A stretch of DNA of 63,543 bases, filler included, from Octopus bimaculoides (GCF_001194135.2; 8 parts of 8 records of this genome joined end to end with filler, not necessarily neighbours in it), one strand, 5' to 3'. Counted from the first letter of the whole stretch, positions 36,989-50,548 are shown. The notes: generated by a model not told the origin, from the letters alone. Numbers and translations are program-made.

Positions 36989-38298
36989 TCAAGGAGAGAT
37001 GCGAAACTGCATTAGCCTCTATTTCTTTCAGTAATTTATTGTAGTTGTTTACAAACAGCGAATTAAAATTTGATGAAAGCATTAAAATAGACAGTGAGGA
37101 GAGACTTCGCTGTTTTTACGTCAATACCGGAAGTTGACACTGAGAAACCTTTTTAAAGATGTGAATCATAAAATATAAAACAATATTTTTTTATAACAAA
37201 TTTATTAATAACAAATTTATTTATAACAAATTTATTAATATCTCAGGAAGTGATTACGAAAGAAAAACAAAACTCAAGAACTTTGAACGAAATCATCAGC
37301 TCAATAAGATAACACTTTTTTACAAATGCTTATCCTGCAGTAAATAGCAGCCAAATATTTCTAAACTCACACACAACTATTTTTAAAATAATAGATTATA
37401 TTAAATAATGTAGTCTAAGGTACATAATGCCAAAAAAAAAAAAAAAAGATATGATGGTCAGTGTTGGAATATTTTTAATTATATTTAGACTCGCTGAATC
37501 AAGACCAGCCTGGGGTTAAAGTGCAACAACAGCACTTTTGAATCTAGTTTTGGATTTGATGAATAAGAATCTGTTTGAGTGGATAGATTACTCTGAAATT
37601 AATGTGGAAAAAACACACACACACTTTTCAATATACAAGAATATATATTGAATATATTTCAATATATATAGAATATACAAGAAGGCTGAGTGACAAAATG
37701 AAACAAAAACACTAGACTCAAGTACTTTCGTTACTCAGGTCCAACTTCTGACTTTCTGAATTCAAGTCTCATCATAGATAGCTTTATTGTTCATTCCCGC
37801 TTCATGAAAACCAAATCACCTGACACAATAATAGGAAATGCATTACAGATACACTCATATACAGTTGTATATATTTTTATATCCTCTTTCCAGTACTAGT
37901 GTAAAATGCTGCTGTGTAGAGGATTTCTTTGAATGTAGGGTTATTAATAATTATCTTTTTTTTTCTCTCTCTCTCTGTTTCCTTATTATGTATAACATTG
38001 GGAATTGTATATTTCCTCATCATAGTTATTTAACGTCCGTTGTCCACGCTGGCATGGGTTGGACAGTTTGACCAGGGCTAGTAAGCTAGAAGGCTGCACC
38101 TGACTCTAGTCTGATTTGGCATGGTTTTCTACGGCTGGAAGCCCTTCCTAACGCTAACCACTCCGAGAGTATAATGAGTGCTTTTACGTGTCACTGGCAC
38201 GGGTGCCATTTGCGTGACATCAGTATCTGCCACATTTGTGATTTTGCTTGGCTTGATGGGTCTTCTCAAGCATGACATAATGTCAAAGGTCTCGATCA

Positions 38299-38447
38299 TT
38301 GCCTCCATGAGTCCCAAAGCTCGAAAGGAACTCAGCCACTTTGCCTCCATAAGGCCCAAGATGTGAAAAGAACTTGGCCACTTTGCCTCCGTGAAGCCCA
38401 ACACTTGAAAGGGACTCAGCCACTTTGCCTCTGTGAGGCTCAAAGTT
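38299..38447 (+). repeat. 42-bp minisatellite, ~3.5 copies
   Basis: ttgcctccatgagtcccaaagctcgaaaggaactcagccact / ttgcctccataaggcccaagatgtgaaaagaacttggccact / ttgcctccgtgaagcccaacacttgaaagggactcagccact. Confidence 0.9.
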
Positions 38448-39138
38448 CAAAGGTCATGCTTCACCACTTTGTCCCATATCTTCCTGGGTTTACCTCAACC
38501 ACAGGTTCCCTCCACAGTTAGAGATCAACATGTCTTTACACAGCTGTCCTCATCCATACACATCACACACATATATATATATATGACTGACTCGCCAGTT
38601 GAAGGTAATGTATGAGTGTCCAGTGAGGAGACAAAAAAAAATTAAAAAAAAGATACATAAACACACTCGTGTCTGTGAGTGAGTGTGTGAAGTTTGATAA
38701 GTGCTGATGCATGGAAGTCTAGGCTCTTGAGTCATTCGGTAACTTCTGCTGACTAATGAGTTCTCTTTCCTTGTTTGAATCACCAAGCACACACACACAC
38801 ACGTATATACATATATGTATGTTTGTATGTATAGAGTGTTTGAAGTGGTGTACATATATCGTATATTGAGAAAAAGGAAGAAGAATTTTGGATAATTCTT
38901 TATTGGAGCTTTTGTTCGCTTAACCGAACTCTTTAAGAAATAAATTAAAACCAAAATGATGAAAACAGAACGTTTCGTTGTGAATTGGATGTGTTTTGTG
39001 TTTTGTTTAGAAGAAGAGAAAATTTTGTTCTTTGGAGAAAAGGAGAAAGAGAGGGAGGTAGGGAAAAGGACAATTAAGAAAGAGGAAGAGAAGCAAAGGA
39101 TGGAGGAGAACAGAGAGTGAGAGAGAGAGGAAGGTTTC

Positions 39139-39900
39139 TCAGCCAAGTTCCTCAATCTTCTGTGACATGATCTTTGCAATATGGGGTCTTGCATTGTCCT
39201 GATGAAACACCACTCCCTTTTGATTCATGAAAGCAGGCTTTTTTTCTTCAAAACAGCATTTAGATGCTCTAATTACTGACAATAGATTTGAGCATTGATT
39301 GTTGCATTAGTGAATGACTCCTTTCCAATCCCACCCAACAGAGAGAAGAACCTTCTTTTGCACGGAGTTGCCTTTTCAGTTGTGGTTGGGCCTTTTCTCT
39401 TTAACCTTGCCAATGTCTACAACACTTAACATTTTGATAAAAGACCCATTTTTCATCACCGGTCACCAGTCTGTCCAAAAAGGGTGAGATGAGTTCACGA
39501 GAAAAAAGAGAAGAGCAGATGTCCACTTGGGATTTGTGGTTAGCTTCGGACAAATCATGAGGCACTCATTTTCCATGTTTTGGAACCTTTCCAAGCTATT
39601 GAAGATGGCAGTGAACAGTTGCATGGCTTGCCAATTTTTCAACTGAAACTGCATGATCTTTTTCAAGTGCTGCCAAAAGGAGCTTGTCATGAAACTCAGT
39701 TGGACATCCTGTTCAAGCCTCCTCTTCAAAGCTGATATCTCCACTTCTGAATTTTACAAACCATCTTCTGCAAGTTCTTTCATTTAGGCACTCTTCTCCA
39801 TGGGCTGAGTGAATATTTTGAGTTGTTTCAGCTGAAGAGGTCCCTTTTTTAAACTCATAAAGCATTATGTGCCTCAAATGCTTCTTAGACTCTTCTATGT
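39139..39900 (-). mobile_element. Mariner transposase fragment, frameshifted
   Basis: Minus-strand pieces resemble mariner motifs: GKWVPHDLSE, FLDRLVTGDEKWVFY and VVFHQDNARPH. Confidence 0.85.
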
Positions 39901-39989
39901 TTGAAGAGCTATAAGTAATGAAATTTCAATTAGATTATTCTGCAAAATGAAATTTAATTAGTTTAAATATGAATATATATATATATATT

Positions 39990-40295
39990 ACTTTTACTCT
40001 TTTACTCTTTTACTCTTTTACTTGTTTCAGTCATTTGACTGTGGCCATGCTGGAGCACCACCTTTAGTCGAGCAAATCGACCCCAGGACTTATTCTTTGT
40101 AAGCCTAGTACTTATTCTATCGCTCTTTTGCCGAACCGCTAAGTTACGGGGACGTAAACACACCAGAATCGGTTGTCAAGCGATGTTGGGGGGACAAACA
40201 CAGACACGCAAACATATACACACACATACATATATACACATATATACGACAGGCTTCTTTCAGTTTCCGTCTACCAAATCCACTCACAAGGTTTT
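39990..40295 (-). mobile_element. SINE family A copy
   Basis: High similarity to 34275-34590, with a (ttttactc)n tail. Confidence 0.85.
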
Positions 40296-43200
40296 AGACT
40301 TTTTAAAATACTATTAAAGTGTTGTTTTATATTTGCATTTCTATTAGANNNNNNNNNNNNNNNNNNNNNNNNNNNNNNNNNNNNNNNNNNNNNNNNNNNN
40401 NNNNNNNNNNNNNNNNNNNNNNNNNNNNNNNNNNNNNNNNNNNNNNNNNNNNNNNNNNNNNNNNNNNNNNNNNNNNNNNNNNNNNNNNNNNNNNNNNNNN
40501 NNNNNNNNNNNNNNNNNNNNNNNNNNNNNNNNNNNNNNNNNNNNNNNNNNNNNNNNNNNNNNNNNNNNNNNNNNTATATATATATATATATATATATATT
40601 AATGTATGTGCTTTGTGTTTGTGTGTGTCCCCCACCACTGCTTGATAACTGGAGTTGGTGTGTTTACATTCCTGAAACTTAGTGGGTCAGCAAAAAAAGT
40701 ACCAAGCTTAAAGAAAAAGTCCTGGGTGTCGATTGATTTGACTAAAAAATTCATCAAGGCAGTACCCCAGCATGGCCAACATCTGCTGAGTGGTTGGTGT
40801 TAGGAAGGGCATCCAGCAGTAAAAATCCTGCCAAAATAGTCACAGAAGTCTCGTACCCGCCTTGGCCTGGCCAGCTCTTGTGGTACTGTCCCACCCATGC
40901 TAGCATGGAAGGACAACGTTAAACAATGATAATGATATATATATTATATACCAAGAGAGAAGATGGAGATGAAATTAAAAGTTTATTGATATGTTGACAA
41001 GACCTACAAGTGTTTCAATTCATCATCGAATTTAATTTAATTTAATCAATTTAGTTAATTATTATTAGCTAGAATATCATCAGGGAAGAACATACAAAGA
41101 AATTTATATATATCATATTGAAAACATAATGAAAACATTAAATAATCAAACAGGAAAAGTAGAGTCTACCATTAAAATTAATACAGAATATAAAAATATA
41201 TAGTTATAAAAATGGTTATTGTCATAAATTAATATAAGTAACAATGTTAATGCAGACATACCCATGCAAAAATACCGATCAATGTCAATACTAACACCTA
41301 ACGCCGATGGTCACCATCGCTTGACGACCGGTGCTGGTTTGTTTATGCTCCCGCCCGTAACAACAGCGGTTCGGCAAAAAAATCGATAAAATAAGTACCA
41401 GGTTTAAAAAAAACCATATTCGTTCGACTAAAACCTTTCAATGCGATGTCCCAGCATGGCCGCAGCCCAATGATTGAAACAAGTGAAAGATAAAAAAAAA
41501 AAAAAGGTTACGGTCAATACAATTTATATAATTGCATTACACGTATGCAGGATACGAAGAAATCAAGTATTATAAATTATATTCGATAAAACAATAAAAT
41601 AGAACATTAAATCATGTTCTGAATGCTTCTTGTAGCTTATATTAGGGATTAAAACAAACAAAAAGAAAAGGTTAAACTAGAAAATTGCAACTGTTGATTG
41701 ACACCCTGCTGCTTGACTAACTTATGTGGAAATCAAAATTATGTGGAAATCAAACCGCATAACAACTAGCGAATGTTGTTTCCATGTCATGAAAGAAGTG
41801 TTGACTCAGGTTCCTTCTGACATGAAACTAAACGTTTTTAATCTTGTACTTTTTACGAATAATATAATTTCTAATGTAAAATGCATTAGTGATTGTTTTC
41901 CACATTTTTATTTTTAATATAAAAAAAAAAAATACATATCTATTTATGTGGATATTTTACGAAATCTTAATACCGACTTTTATGATTATTATTATTATTA
42001 TCATCATCATATCGAGATTAAATATGATCTATTTAAAGTTGTTTATTTTTGGAATATATGATTGTGTTTCAGAATGTTTTGTTTTTCTACGTTACAAATT
42101 TTTTTCTTGTAACAATTTATTAGAAAAAAATTGTTCGTTTGAAGTCCAGTGTCAGAAAACTCCACGTGGTAAACACTATCTTGCTAAACTGATTCGAGTC
42201 AAGCCACAAAGAAAACATTGCTGACAATTTTTATTGTAAAAACTTTCATTTAGAATCTTTGGTATGTATTAAGCATCGTTGCAAAACTGTTTTAATGCAT
42301 TATTTAAATATTTTATTTATTTCTGTTGTTTTATATTTGCATTTCTATTAGAATTTGCAGCGCTTTCCTTGATCAGAGGCCAGTGAAAGAACTGCGTAAT
42401 ACGGGCGGCATTGTTTATATTTATTTATTCAGAGCCGAGTTTTGCAATATGCAGTTGTTGTTAGTCTCAACGCTTAATAAGCATATCTATGGTGAAGGGC
42501 GTTCCAGTCACGACCATCCCGTCCTTTCGGCTATTCCATTATCTAGAACTAAATTATAAAATGTGCCCCTCCCTTTTCCCAGACGGTTTGGTTATAATTT
42601 GAAGGTACATTGGTTATTATTTTTAGCAGTTGGTATGACTTGTTTCTACGAAATTATTGATTTGTTGTACAACTCACAAAACTGTTTTGCTATTTCTGTT
42701 TTTTTTGCTTAAGCTAAAAATGAAAACAAACACAACTCCACCCACCCCGACCAAGTCTTAATGTCGGTCAGAACCGTTGTTTATTTTCGTTAATTGGGAC
42801 TCTGACTACATTCCGGATGTTTCGCTTGCTTTGAAAGAAAAGGAAAACAATAAAAAAAGTTCGTTACTGGGTCGAAGTTGACATATTTAAAACGACTTTT
42901 CTATTCGTAATTATTTTCTCAACTATATTAATTACAAAACGATACAATACCAAAATAGCCCATACGTATCAAAGCAGTTGCTATGTCTATTTAATATTTA
43001 TTTACTGTTATTATTGAAAATCAGCTTTACAAAATTGCTATCGTTGTATTTTTCTTTCCTATACAACGTATGCAAATGATCAAGAAACGTATTTTTCGTT
43101 GCTCATAAGAATATTTGACTACAATTTAATTTTTAATGAAACTTTCATTTTCTTTATTTTTTCTTTATTTACGTCATTCATCTCGTATTTCATTACGTGC

Positions 43201-44591
43201 ATGTTACGTCTAAGCTCTATAGTTTCTCTCTGAAACATAATTACTGCTTATTTACTTGAAGTATCGAATTAAAAAAAGCGACAAACACTAGGTCAGGGAT
43301 ATAATTTACGAAAGTGAGTGGACAAGAACAACAAAAATGGGTTGAATGTATTTATTCAAATACTCAAATCCACCTAACAACTGGGAAGACTGGCATTTGC
43401 TTCTAAATTATTATTTTTTAAAGCAATTCAAAACACTTGCAGCTGATGGCGAGGCTGAGACAATGCAACAGCTAAGCACCTTACAGGGATCATCTTCACT
43501 GAAGCGATTGAAGCCAGTGATGGAAAGAAGATCCGGCCTTCCCCCGAACATTTCAGATTGTTGAATAATGTATTTCACCAGCAAAATTACAATATTTCAG
43601 CACTAGCGCCATCACCTCCTCCGACGTACTTAGGATGTGTAGTGAAGCTGAAAAATCAATAATAATGACGTATCTACTTTTAACACAAGGACAAAAGGTA
43701 AAGCCCGTTGGGTCTCTCCTCGTGGTCCCCGGACAATCTTAGTGTTTCCTCATGGCGAGGTCTCGTTTATTTAATTATTTTTTCCTTCAAAATGACTGCA
43801 TAGACTACCTATCTTCTAGGAGAGTTAAATTTAGAATCGTATCCATGTAAGACTATATAATTTATTCATAATCCACGCTGCATTGATTACTCTAGGAATT
43901 ATTATTAAGCCACAAGCCCGGCATAATTTTGTTTACATTTTAATAAATACATATGTGCAAAGCTATGGCCTAAATTTTCGAACAGATATCACTTTTGTTT
44001 AGTTTTATTTTCCTATTTGTATTTTGAATTAGTTTTATAGCATCTCCTATCTATACAACTTTTTTCATTAATCACTACTTGTATCAAATTGTTGAATACG
44101 CCCTTGTATCATGGAAAGCATGGTTGAATGAGCAAAAAGTAAATAGATAACAATGAAACAAGTTTCAACGAGTGATATCGTCCTGGTTAAGCTTAATCTA
44201 GCATGCACTTTTTTTTTCGTTACTTATGGAAATCGATATATATTTACTTAGTAGGTTAAAAAAAAAAAGTCTCGCGATTTTCGCTTTTTCTTTGTTGTAC
44301 GTTGCACTACTTCAGTTTGCTCCTTAAGTGAAATATGTATCTGATAAAATTGAGATAGAAAAACATTTGAAAGCAAGTATTTCTAGGAAGGCTCTATGTT
44401 GTTATCGTCCTGATTAATGTCAAATAGTTGTCCAATGAGAATGTTTAGCAATGTAAAAAGTAAGGTGTGACCCGAATCAGATTTGGCTGCTATTTCTTGT
44501 TGGTCGATCAACCACATAAATATTCTCTCATTGACGGGTGTTGGGTTTTGCCAGATTTAGCCTAGAGTTTTTGGCCAAAAGTAAAATCGTT

Positions 44592-45198
44592 GGTTCTATT
44601 TTAAAACGGGGGCGCCAGTATTTTCTTAACGAAACACTTTGAAACTTGGGACACTGGTAGAATGTGTCATATAAAACATCTTTTACTCTTAGTCTTCTTA
44701 ACAAAAAAAAGGAATTCGCAAGTTATTCCATGTTAAAGTTGTCATATTTCTGTAATTTCAACCAATCACTGACGTCTATTCAGCTGAATAGAGTTACTGC
44801 TGGGCGGTCATAAAAATGTTATTCCCTGTGACATATTTCATCCTGTTTCATCGTAATTTATACGCATATATTGTTTATATAATAAATTACGCTGTGCGTA
44901 TCTATGTGTGTAACAATTTTAGAGTTAGGGTTACGGTTAACAGTCTAGTTAGGGTTAGGGGATTAATACGATATACACCGTTACAGCGCTAACTGTTTTC
45001 AACTGAATAGACCGTCAGTGATTAGTAGAAATTATCGAAATAAGACAATTTTTTACATGAAATAAATTCGAATACAAAAATATTTTTCTGTTCTATAACA
45101 CAAAATAGATAAGTATACGAAGTTTGAAAGTCTTTCCGTACCAAAAACACTACATAAAACATAAATGAAAACTGGCGCCCCCGTTTTAAAATAGATCC
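44592..45198. mobile_element. Second copy of the Merlin-like MITE
   Basis: Same TIRs and internal sequence as 6625-7186, with a perfect 8-bp TSD aaatcgtt. Confidence 0.85.
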
Positions 45199-45337
45199 AA
45201 ATCGTTTTAGCATAAAACACACAATGAACACGATCTTCTATCAAAAGGTATGTATGTTCAAAACGAGGAAGTCTTCTTGTTTACAGTATTAAAAGAACGA
45301 GGATTGAATAATGAAAGTGGCTGTGTAGTAAGTAACT

Positions 45338-45730
45338 AGGCGCAGGAGTGGCTGTGTGGTAAGTAGCTTGCTTACCAAACACATGGTTCTGGGTTCAGTC
45401 CCACTGCGTGGCACCTTGGACAAGTGTCTTTTGCTATAGCCTCAGGCCGACCAAAGCTTTGTGAGTGGATTTGCTAGACGGAAACTGAAAGAAGCCCGTC
45501 GTATATATGTGTGTCTGTGTTTGTCCCCCCCCCCCNNNNNNNNNNNNNNNNNNNNCAACATCGCTTGACAACCGATGCTGGTGTGTTTACGTCCCCGTAT
45601 CTTATCGGTTCAACAAAAAGAGACCAATAGAATAAGTACTAGGCTTCCAAAGAATAAGTCCTGGGGTCGATTAAAGGCAGTGCTCCAGCATGCCCACAGT
45701 CAAATGACTGAAACGAGTAAAAGAGTAAAG
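45338..45730 (+). mobile_element. tRNA-derived SINE family A, near full-length
   Basis: A-box TGGCTGTGTGG, B-box-like GGGTTCAGTCC, CORE-like ccttggacaagtgtc segment, central microsatellite and (agtaaa)n tail. Partial copies at ~3071-3250, 8397-8590, 9020-9140, 13695-13850, 21085-21300, 22325-22670, 28275-28385, 35770-35935, 40615-40780, 41300-41500, 51075-51385, 55605-55770 and 57270-57399. Confidence 0.85.
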
Positions 45731-46243
45731 TCAAACTAGATTGGACTCGCCTTGCTAATTAAGTGTATGGCAGGTGCTAAGCAGTCGTTCGATCTGCTAA
45801 AAACTAGCAACACCTTTCCGTCTTAGAAATGTTGAAGGATTAAATATCCTTAAAAGACATATTCATAACTAGAATACCTTTTATTATAATTTTGTTAAAG
45901 TGGGTAGCCTGGAGCTAATCAACAACCAGGGCTATTAATTAACCTTGTATTTTATTTAAATAGGTTTCTGACAATATAATTGATGTAATAAGATCTTCGT
46001 GCCACTGCTAGTTCTAATTACCTGTTTCATTGTACAAAGAATAAAACCAAGTAAAAAACAAAATGTTTGCAGAGCCAATGTTTTTCAATTATTTGCAATC
46101 ACCCCTCCCCTCCAAAGTTAAACCCAGACTCGCTAGTAACAAAGGAGCCTTTACATCGTATTCAGCTTGCTAGAAGCAGCAGTCACCTCTTCAAATCACA
46201 CCTTAATGTCTTACACAAGAACAGGACTCATTGGGTAATGTAA

Positions 46244-46590
46244 TCTATATATATAAAAATGAGAATGTGTGTCTGTCTGTGTGAATCCCTAAAACTCGAG
46301 AACTACGCAACCAATTTCATTCAAATTTTACACATGCCTTACTTGCAGAGTTCGAGCACACGGCAACATAATATCTCCTCCACTATTTAAGTATTACGTG
46401 TCAAAAGTGAAACAAAAACACTCATGTCAAATACTTTCACTTTAAAAATGAAACTATTCCACTAACTGAAACAATCACATTTCGATACTGTAATGACAGA
46501 TACTTTCACAGAGAGAGAAAGAGAGAGAGAGAGAGAGATGTATATGTATACATATACATGTATATGTACACCATTTCGATACTGTAATGA
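46244..46590 (+). mobile_element. Non-autonomous Helitron-like repeat copy
   Basis: TC-start tctatatatataaaaatgagaatgtgtgtctgtctg; shares tattacgtgtcaaaagtgaaacaa with the 16.2-kb copy. Confidence 0.6.
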
Positions 46591-46920
46591 CANNNNNNNN
46601 NNNNNNNNNNNNNNNNNNNNNNNNNNNNNNNNNNNNTTAATTAATTAANNNNNNNNNNNNNNNNNNNNNNNNNNNNNNNNNNNNNNNNNNNNATACATAC
46701 GCAGACACAAACACAGTCGCAAAAGAAATATGCATGTCACGTTTGCGCAAAAAATTATTTTCGCGACCTAGTTGTGCATCAGTGTTACTTGTGTGTGGGA
46801 GTTCGTTATGAATAACTACAACTTGTGTGATTTCGGTATGCATCCATGTGCACGTGTGTGCGTACGTGTATGTGAGAGAGACAGACAGAGGGACAGAGAG
46901 AAAGAGAAGACTGAAGTAGG

Positions 46921-46954
<34 letters not shown>

Positions 46955-48205
46955 AGATGACAATGTGCATGACTGTTTTTAGGTAACTGTCTGTGAATAC
47001 GTGATAGCATGTGATAGTTTGTGTGTGAGTGAGTGCGCGTGTGAGTGTGCGTATGTGAGTGTGCGCGTATGTGGGTTACATTGCCTAGTTTGGCATAAGA
47101 CTAACCTAACTAGCGCTCAGGATCACGTGAAATCCAGTTGTGACCATGGAAATATTTTCCTTTCCTTACACTCTACTTTCATTCGTCTTGCGACCTGTTT
47201 TCCTCTTTCATTTTTGGAGAGTTATTCTATCTGATATTCTCTTTGTGATTGTGCATCTTATTTCATTGATTCGGAACTAATTCAACAAGCGTGATTCCGT
47301 GATGTCTGCGATAAATGTGTGTGTGTGTGTGTGTGTAAGTCTGTATATAATGCATATATATATATNNNNNNNNNNNNNNNNNNNNNNNNNNNNNNNNNNN
47401 NNNNNNNNNNNNNNNNNNNNNNNNNNNNNNNNNNNNNNNNNNNNNNNNNNNNNNNNNNNNNNNNNNNNNNNNNNNNNNNNNNNNNNNNNNNNNNNNNNNN
47501 NNNNNNNNNNNNNNNNNNNNNNNNNNNNNNNNNNNNNNNNNNNNNNNNNNNNNNNNNNNNNNNNNNNNNNNNNNNNNNNNNNNNNNNNNNNNNNNNNNNN
47601 NNNNNNNNNNNNNNNNNNNNNNNNNNNNNNNNNNNNNNNNNNNNNNNNNNNNNNNNNNNNNNNNNNNNNNNNNNNNNNNNNNNNNNNNNNNNNNNNNNNN
47701 NNNNNNNNNNNNNNNNNNNNNNNNNNNNNNNNNNNNNNNNNNNNNNNNNNNNNNNNNNNNNNNNNNNNNNNNNNNNNNNNNNNNNNNNNNNNNNNNNNNN
47801 NNNNNNNNNNNNNNNNNNNNNNNNNNNNNNNNNNNNNNNNNNNNNNNNNNNNNNNNNNNNNNNNNNNNNNNNNNNNNNNNNNNNNNNNNNNNNNNNNNNN
47901 NNNNNNNNNNNNNNNNNNNNNNNNNNNNNNNNNNNNNNNNNNNNNNNNNNNNNNNNNNNNNNNNNNNNNNNNNNNNNNNNNNNNNNNNNNNNNNNNNNNN
48001 NNNNNNNNNNNNNNNNNNNNNNNNNNNNNNNNNNNNNNNNNNNNNNNNNNNNNNNNNNNNNNNNNNNNNNNNNNNNNNNNNNNNNNNNNNNNNNNNNNNN
48101 NNNNNNNNNNNNNNNNNNNNNNNNNNNNNNNNNNNNNNNNNNNNNNNNNNNNNNNNNNNNNNNNNNNNNNNNNNNNNNNNNNNNNNNNNNNNNNNNNNNN
48201 NNNNN

Positions 48206-48494
48206 GAGATAACTCGAATGTGGAATCTAAAAACAGAAACAATTCCTATCATAGTAGGTGCCTTAGGTATAATAAAAAAATATTCAGACAAATACATAAC
48301 AAAAATACCAGGACTTACAAATATATATAACATACAGAAAATTGCACTACTGGGTACTGCACACATTCTACGCAAAACACTTTCAATACAGTAAACATAA
48401 GAGCACCACAGCAAACCACAGCACATACCCAAGGCGCACAGAGCTGCGCTCGGTAGTGAAGTGAAAGCACGTTATAAAAATAAAACTACTGAAC

Positions 48495-48529
<35 letters not shown>

Positions 48530-48530
48530 G
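48206..48530 (+). mobile_element. R4/Dong-type LINE 3' fragment
   Basis: ITRMWNLKTETIPIIVGALGIIKKYSDKYITKIPGLTNIYNIQKIALLGTAHILRKTLSIQ*, then a 3' UTR and (TAA)n tail. Confidence 0.85.
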
Positions 48531-48591
48531 TGACAGCAAAAGAATGAGACCTCGATATTAGGTAATCAAAGGATTATCTATATATGTATAA

Positions 48592-48942
48592 TTTAAGACA
48601 ATCAGTAAGTTGCCATTATGATACTCGGAGTTTCGAATGTCAGAGGGAAGAGTTACGATGCATTCTCGTCGGCTATTAATGGCAATAGACGCTATGAAAA
48701 ACCGATGAATAAAAGGGAACTTACTCTAATAGGTAGGAAAAAAAAGAAAAAAGAAAAAAGATTAAAAAATACACGCAACCATATTCTCACAATATATTGA
48801 CATAAAACCTCTTGCGTTCATATCATCTACGGTTTTTCATAGTGTCTATTGCCATTAATGGCCGACGAGAATGAATCGTAGCTCTTCGCTCCGACATTCG
48901 GAACTCCGAGTACTATAATGCCAACTTCCTGACAGTCCTAAA
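48592..48942. mobile_element. Fold-back MITE with ~115-bp inverted arms
   Basis: 48597-48710 is the reverse complement, with scattered mismatches, of 48823-48937. Confidence 0.85.
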
Positions 48943-48996
48943 CTATACATACATACATACATACATACATACATACATACATACATACATACATGC

Positions 48997-49027
<31 letters not shown>

Positions 49028-49127
49028 NNNNNNNNNNNNNNNNNNNNNNNNNNNNNNNNNNNNNNNNNNNNTTAATTAATTAANNNNNNNNNNNNNNNNN
49101 NNNNNNNNNNNNNNNNNNNNNNNNNNN

Positions 49128-49724
49128 AAATCCACTCGCTTGATGCTTGTGAAACAAGTGTGTGATCCATTGTATTTACACCTCCACACCGGATGATTAA
49201 TGGGAAACACTTGACCTCCGAGTTCCTTGCTGGTCACCGAAAGGTCAGTTGGTAGTTAGTAAGATAGTAGTAATTGTAGTCGACAGTGATAAAAGGTTCG
49301 CCCGCTGGTTGGTAGTCGATAGTGTAGAAGTTGCGCTTGCTGGTAGAGAGAGAAAGAATAGGGAATGTATGGTGCTGACAAGAGAGGAAGAAAGGATAAA
49401 AGTGACATCGCCGGTTCTTGATTTCGACCGAACTTCTCTTCGTATAGCGACTGGAGGACGAAGAGAAGTGTCGCTCCTGGTCATGGCTGACACAAAAGAG
49501 GGCGAGAAAGGAAATGGTCTCTGTTATATAGACTATGCTAGAATATGGGTCAAATTCTAAACAAAGGACTGACCTTTCCGTGACCAGCAAGGAAGTAGGA
49601 GGTCAAGTGTTTCCCATTAATCATCCGGTGTGGAGGTGTAAACACAAAGAGTCACACTTGTTTGACAAGCAACAAGCGAGTGGATTTAGTTTCGAATTTC
49701 AGGCGGGCATGGCCAAACGAGGCC
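49128..49724. mobile_element. PIF/Harbinger (Tourist-like) MITE with long TIRs; left end lost in a gap
   Basis: 49128-49250 is inverted against 49567-49690. The right end ...GGCCAAACGAGGCC|TTA is a Tourist-like terminus with a TTA/TAA target. Confidence 0.7.
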
Positions 49725-49982
49725 TTACACACGCACGCGCAAGGATATTCCAGCCTGTTATATGGATATTTATCCAAGATTCACTGGCTTAATATATTAA
49801 ATTTTGAAGAGATAATTTTTCAATGAATATATTATATAGAATATCATAAGATATCAAACATTTTTATCGAGTTAGAAAACAGAGATCTAATGGATACAAA
49901 TTAATTTATTAATTAATTAACATATTCACCAACAATTGTTTCATTTCACAAATAAGATTAAACTTACAAAACGTAAATAAAC

Positions 49983-50276
49983 ATATAATTTTTCCTTTTA
50001 AATACCTTATAAGGAAAACCATCAGGGTGTTCAGTAGATAGTAAGGAATACATTAGGATACTTTCGGAATATACAGAATAAGGATTACATTAGAATTCTT
50101 TCGGAATATACAGAATATATACAAAAATGTTTACAATGTGTGTTTACTATACATATACGCATAGTAAACATGTTTATATATTCTGTATAATTCGAAAGTA
50201 TCGTAATGTAGTCCTTACTATCCTCTGGACACCCTGATGGTTTTCCTTATAAGGTATTTAAAATGTAAAATTATAT
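49983..50276. mobile_element. Fold-back MITE with ~95-bp inverted arms
   Basis: ttttaaataccttataaggaaaaccatcagggtg... versus ...caccctgatggttttccttataaggtatttaaaa. Confidence 0.85.
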
Positions 50277-50287
50277 AAGAAGAGAAT

Positions 50288-50548
50288 TAAATTTATTTCT
50301 CAAACGCGTGATAATGCTATAAATAGCGTGATCGGGATAAATTATCCATTTATTGCAGAAAAATACGCTACTGACCAGCCATGAGACTCGAACTCTCATA
50401 TCACTGTGATTACGCGTCAAGTGTTTTACCGTTAAACTAAACTGCCCAGCAACGAATTCTTCTGCAATTTTAGAACTTATAAATGGATAATTTATCCTGA
50501 TCACGCTATTTATAGCATTATCACGCGTTTGAGAAATAAATTTATTTC
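50288..50548. mobile_element. MITE with ~67-bp TIRs enclosing a tRNA-like A/B-box module
   Basis: Arms aaatttatttctcaaacgcgtgataatgc...ccatttat and their near-perfect reverse complement. The loop on the minus strand reads GGGCAGTTTAGTTTAACGGTAAAAC..GAGAGTTCGAGTCTC. Confidence 0.8.
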
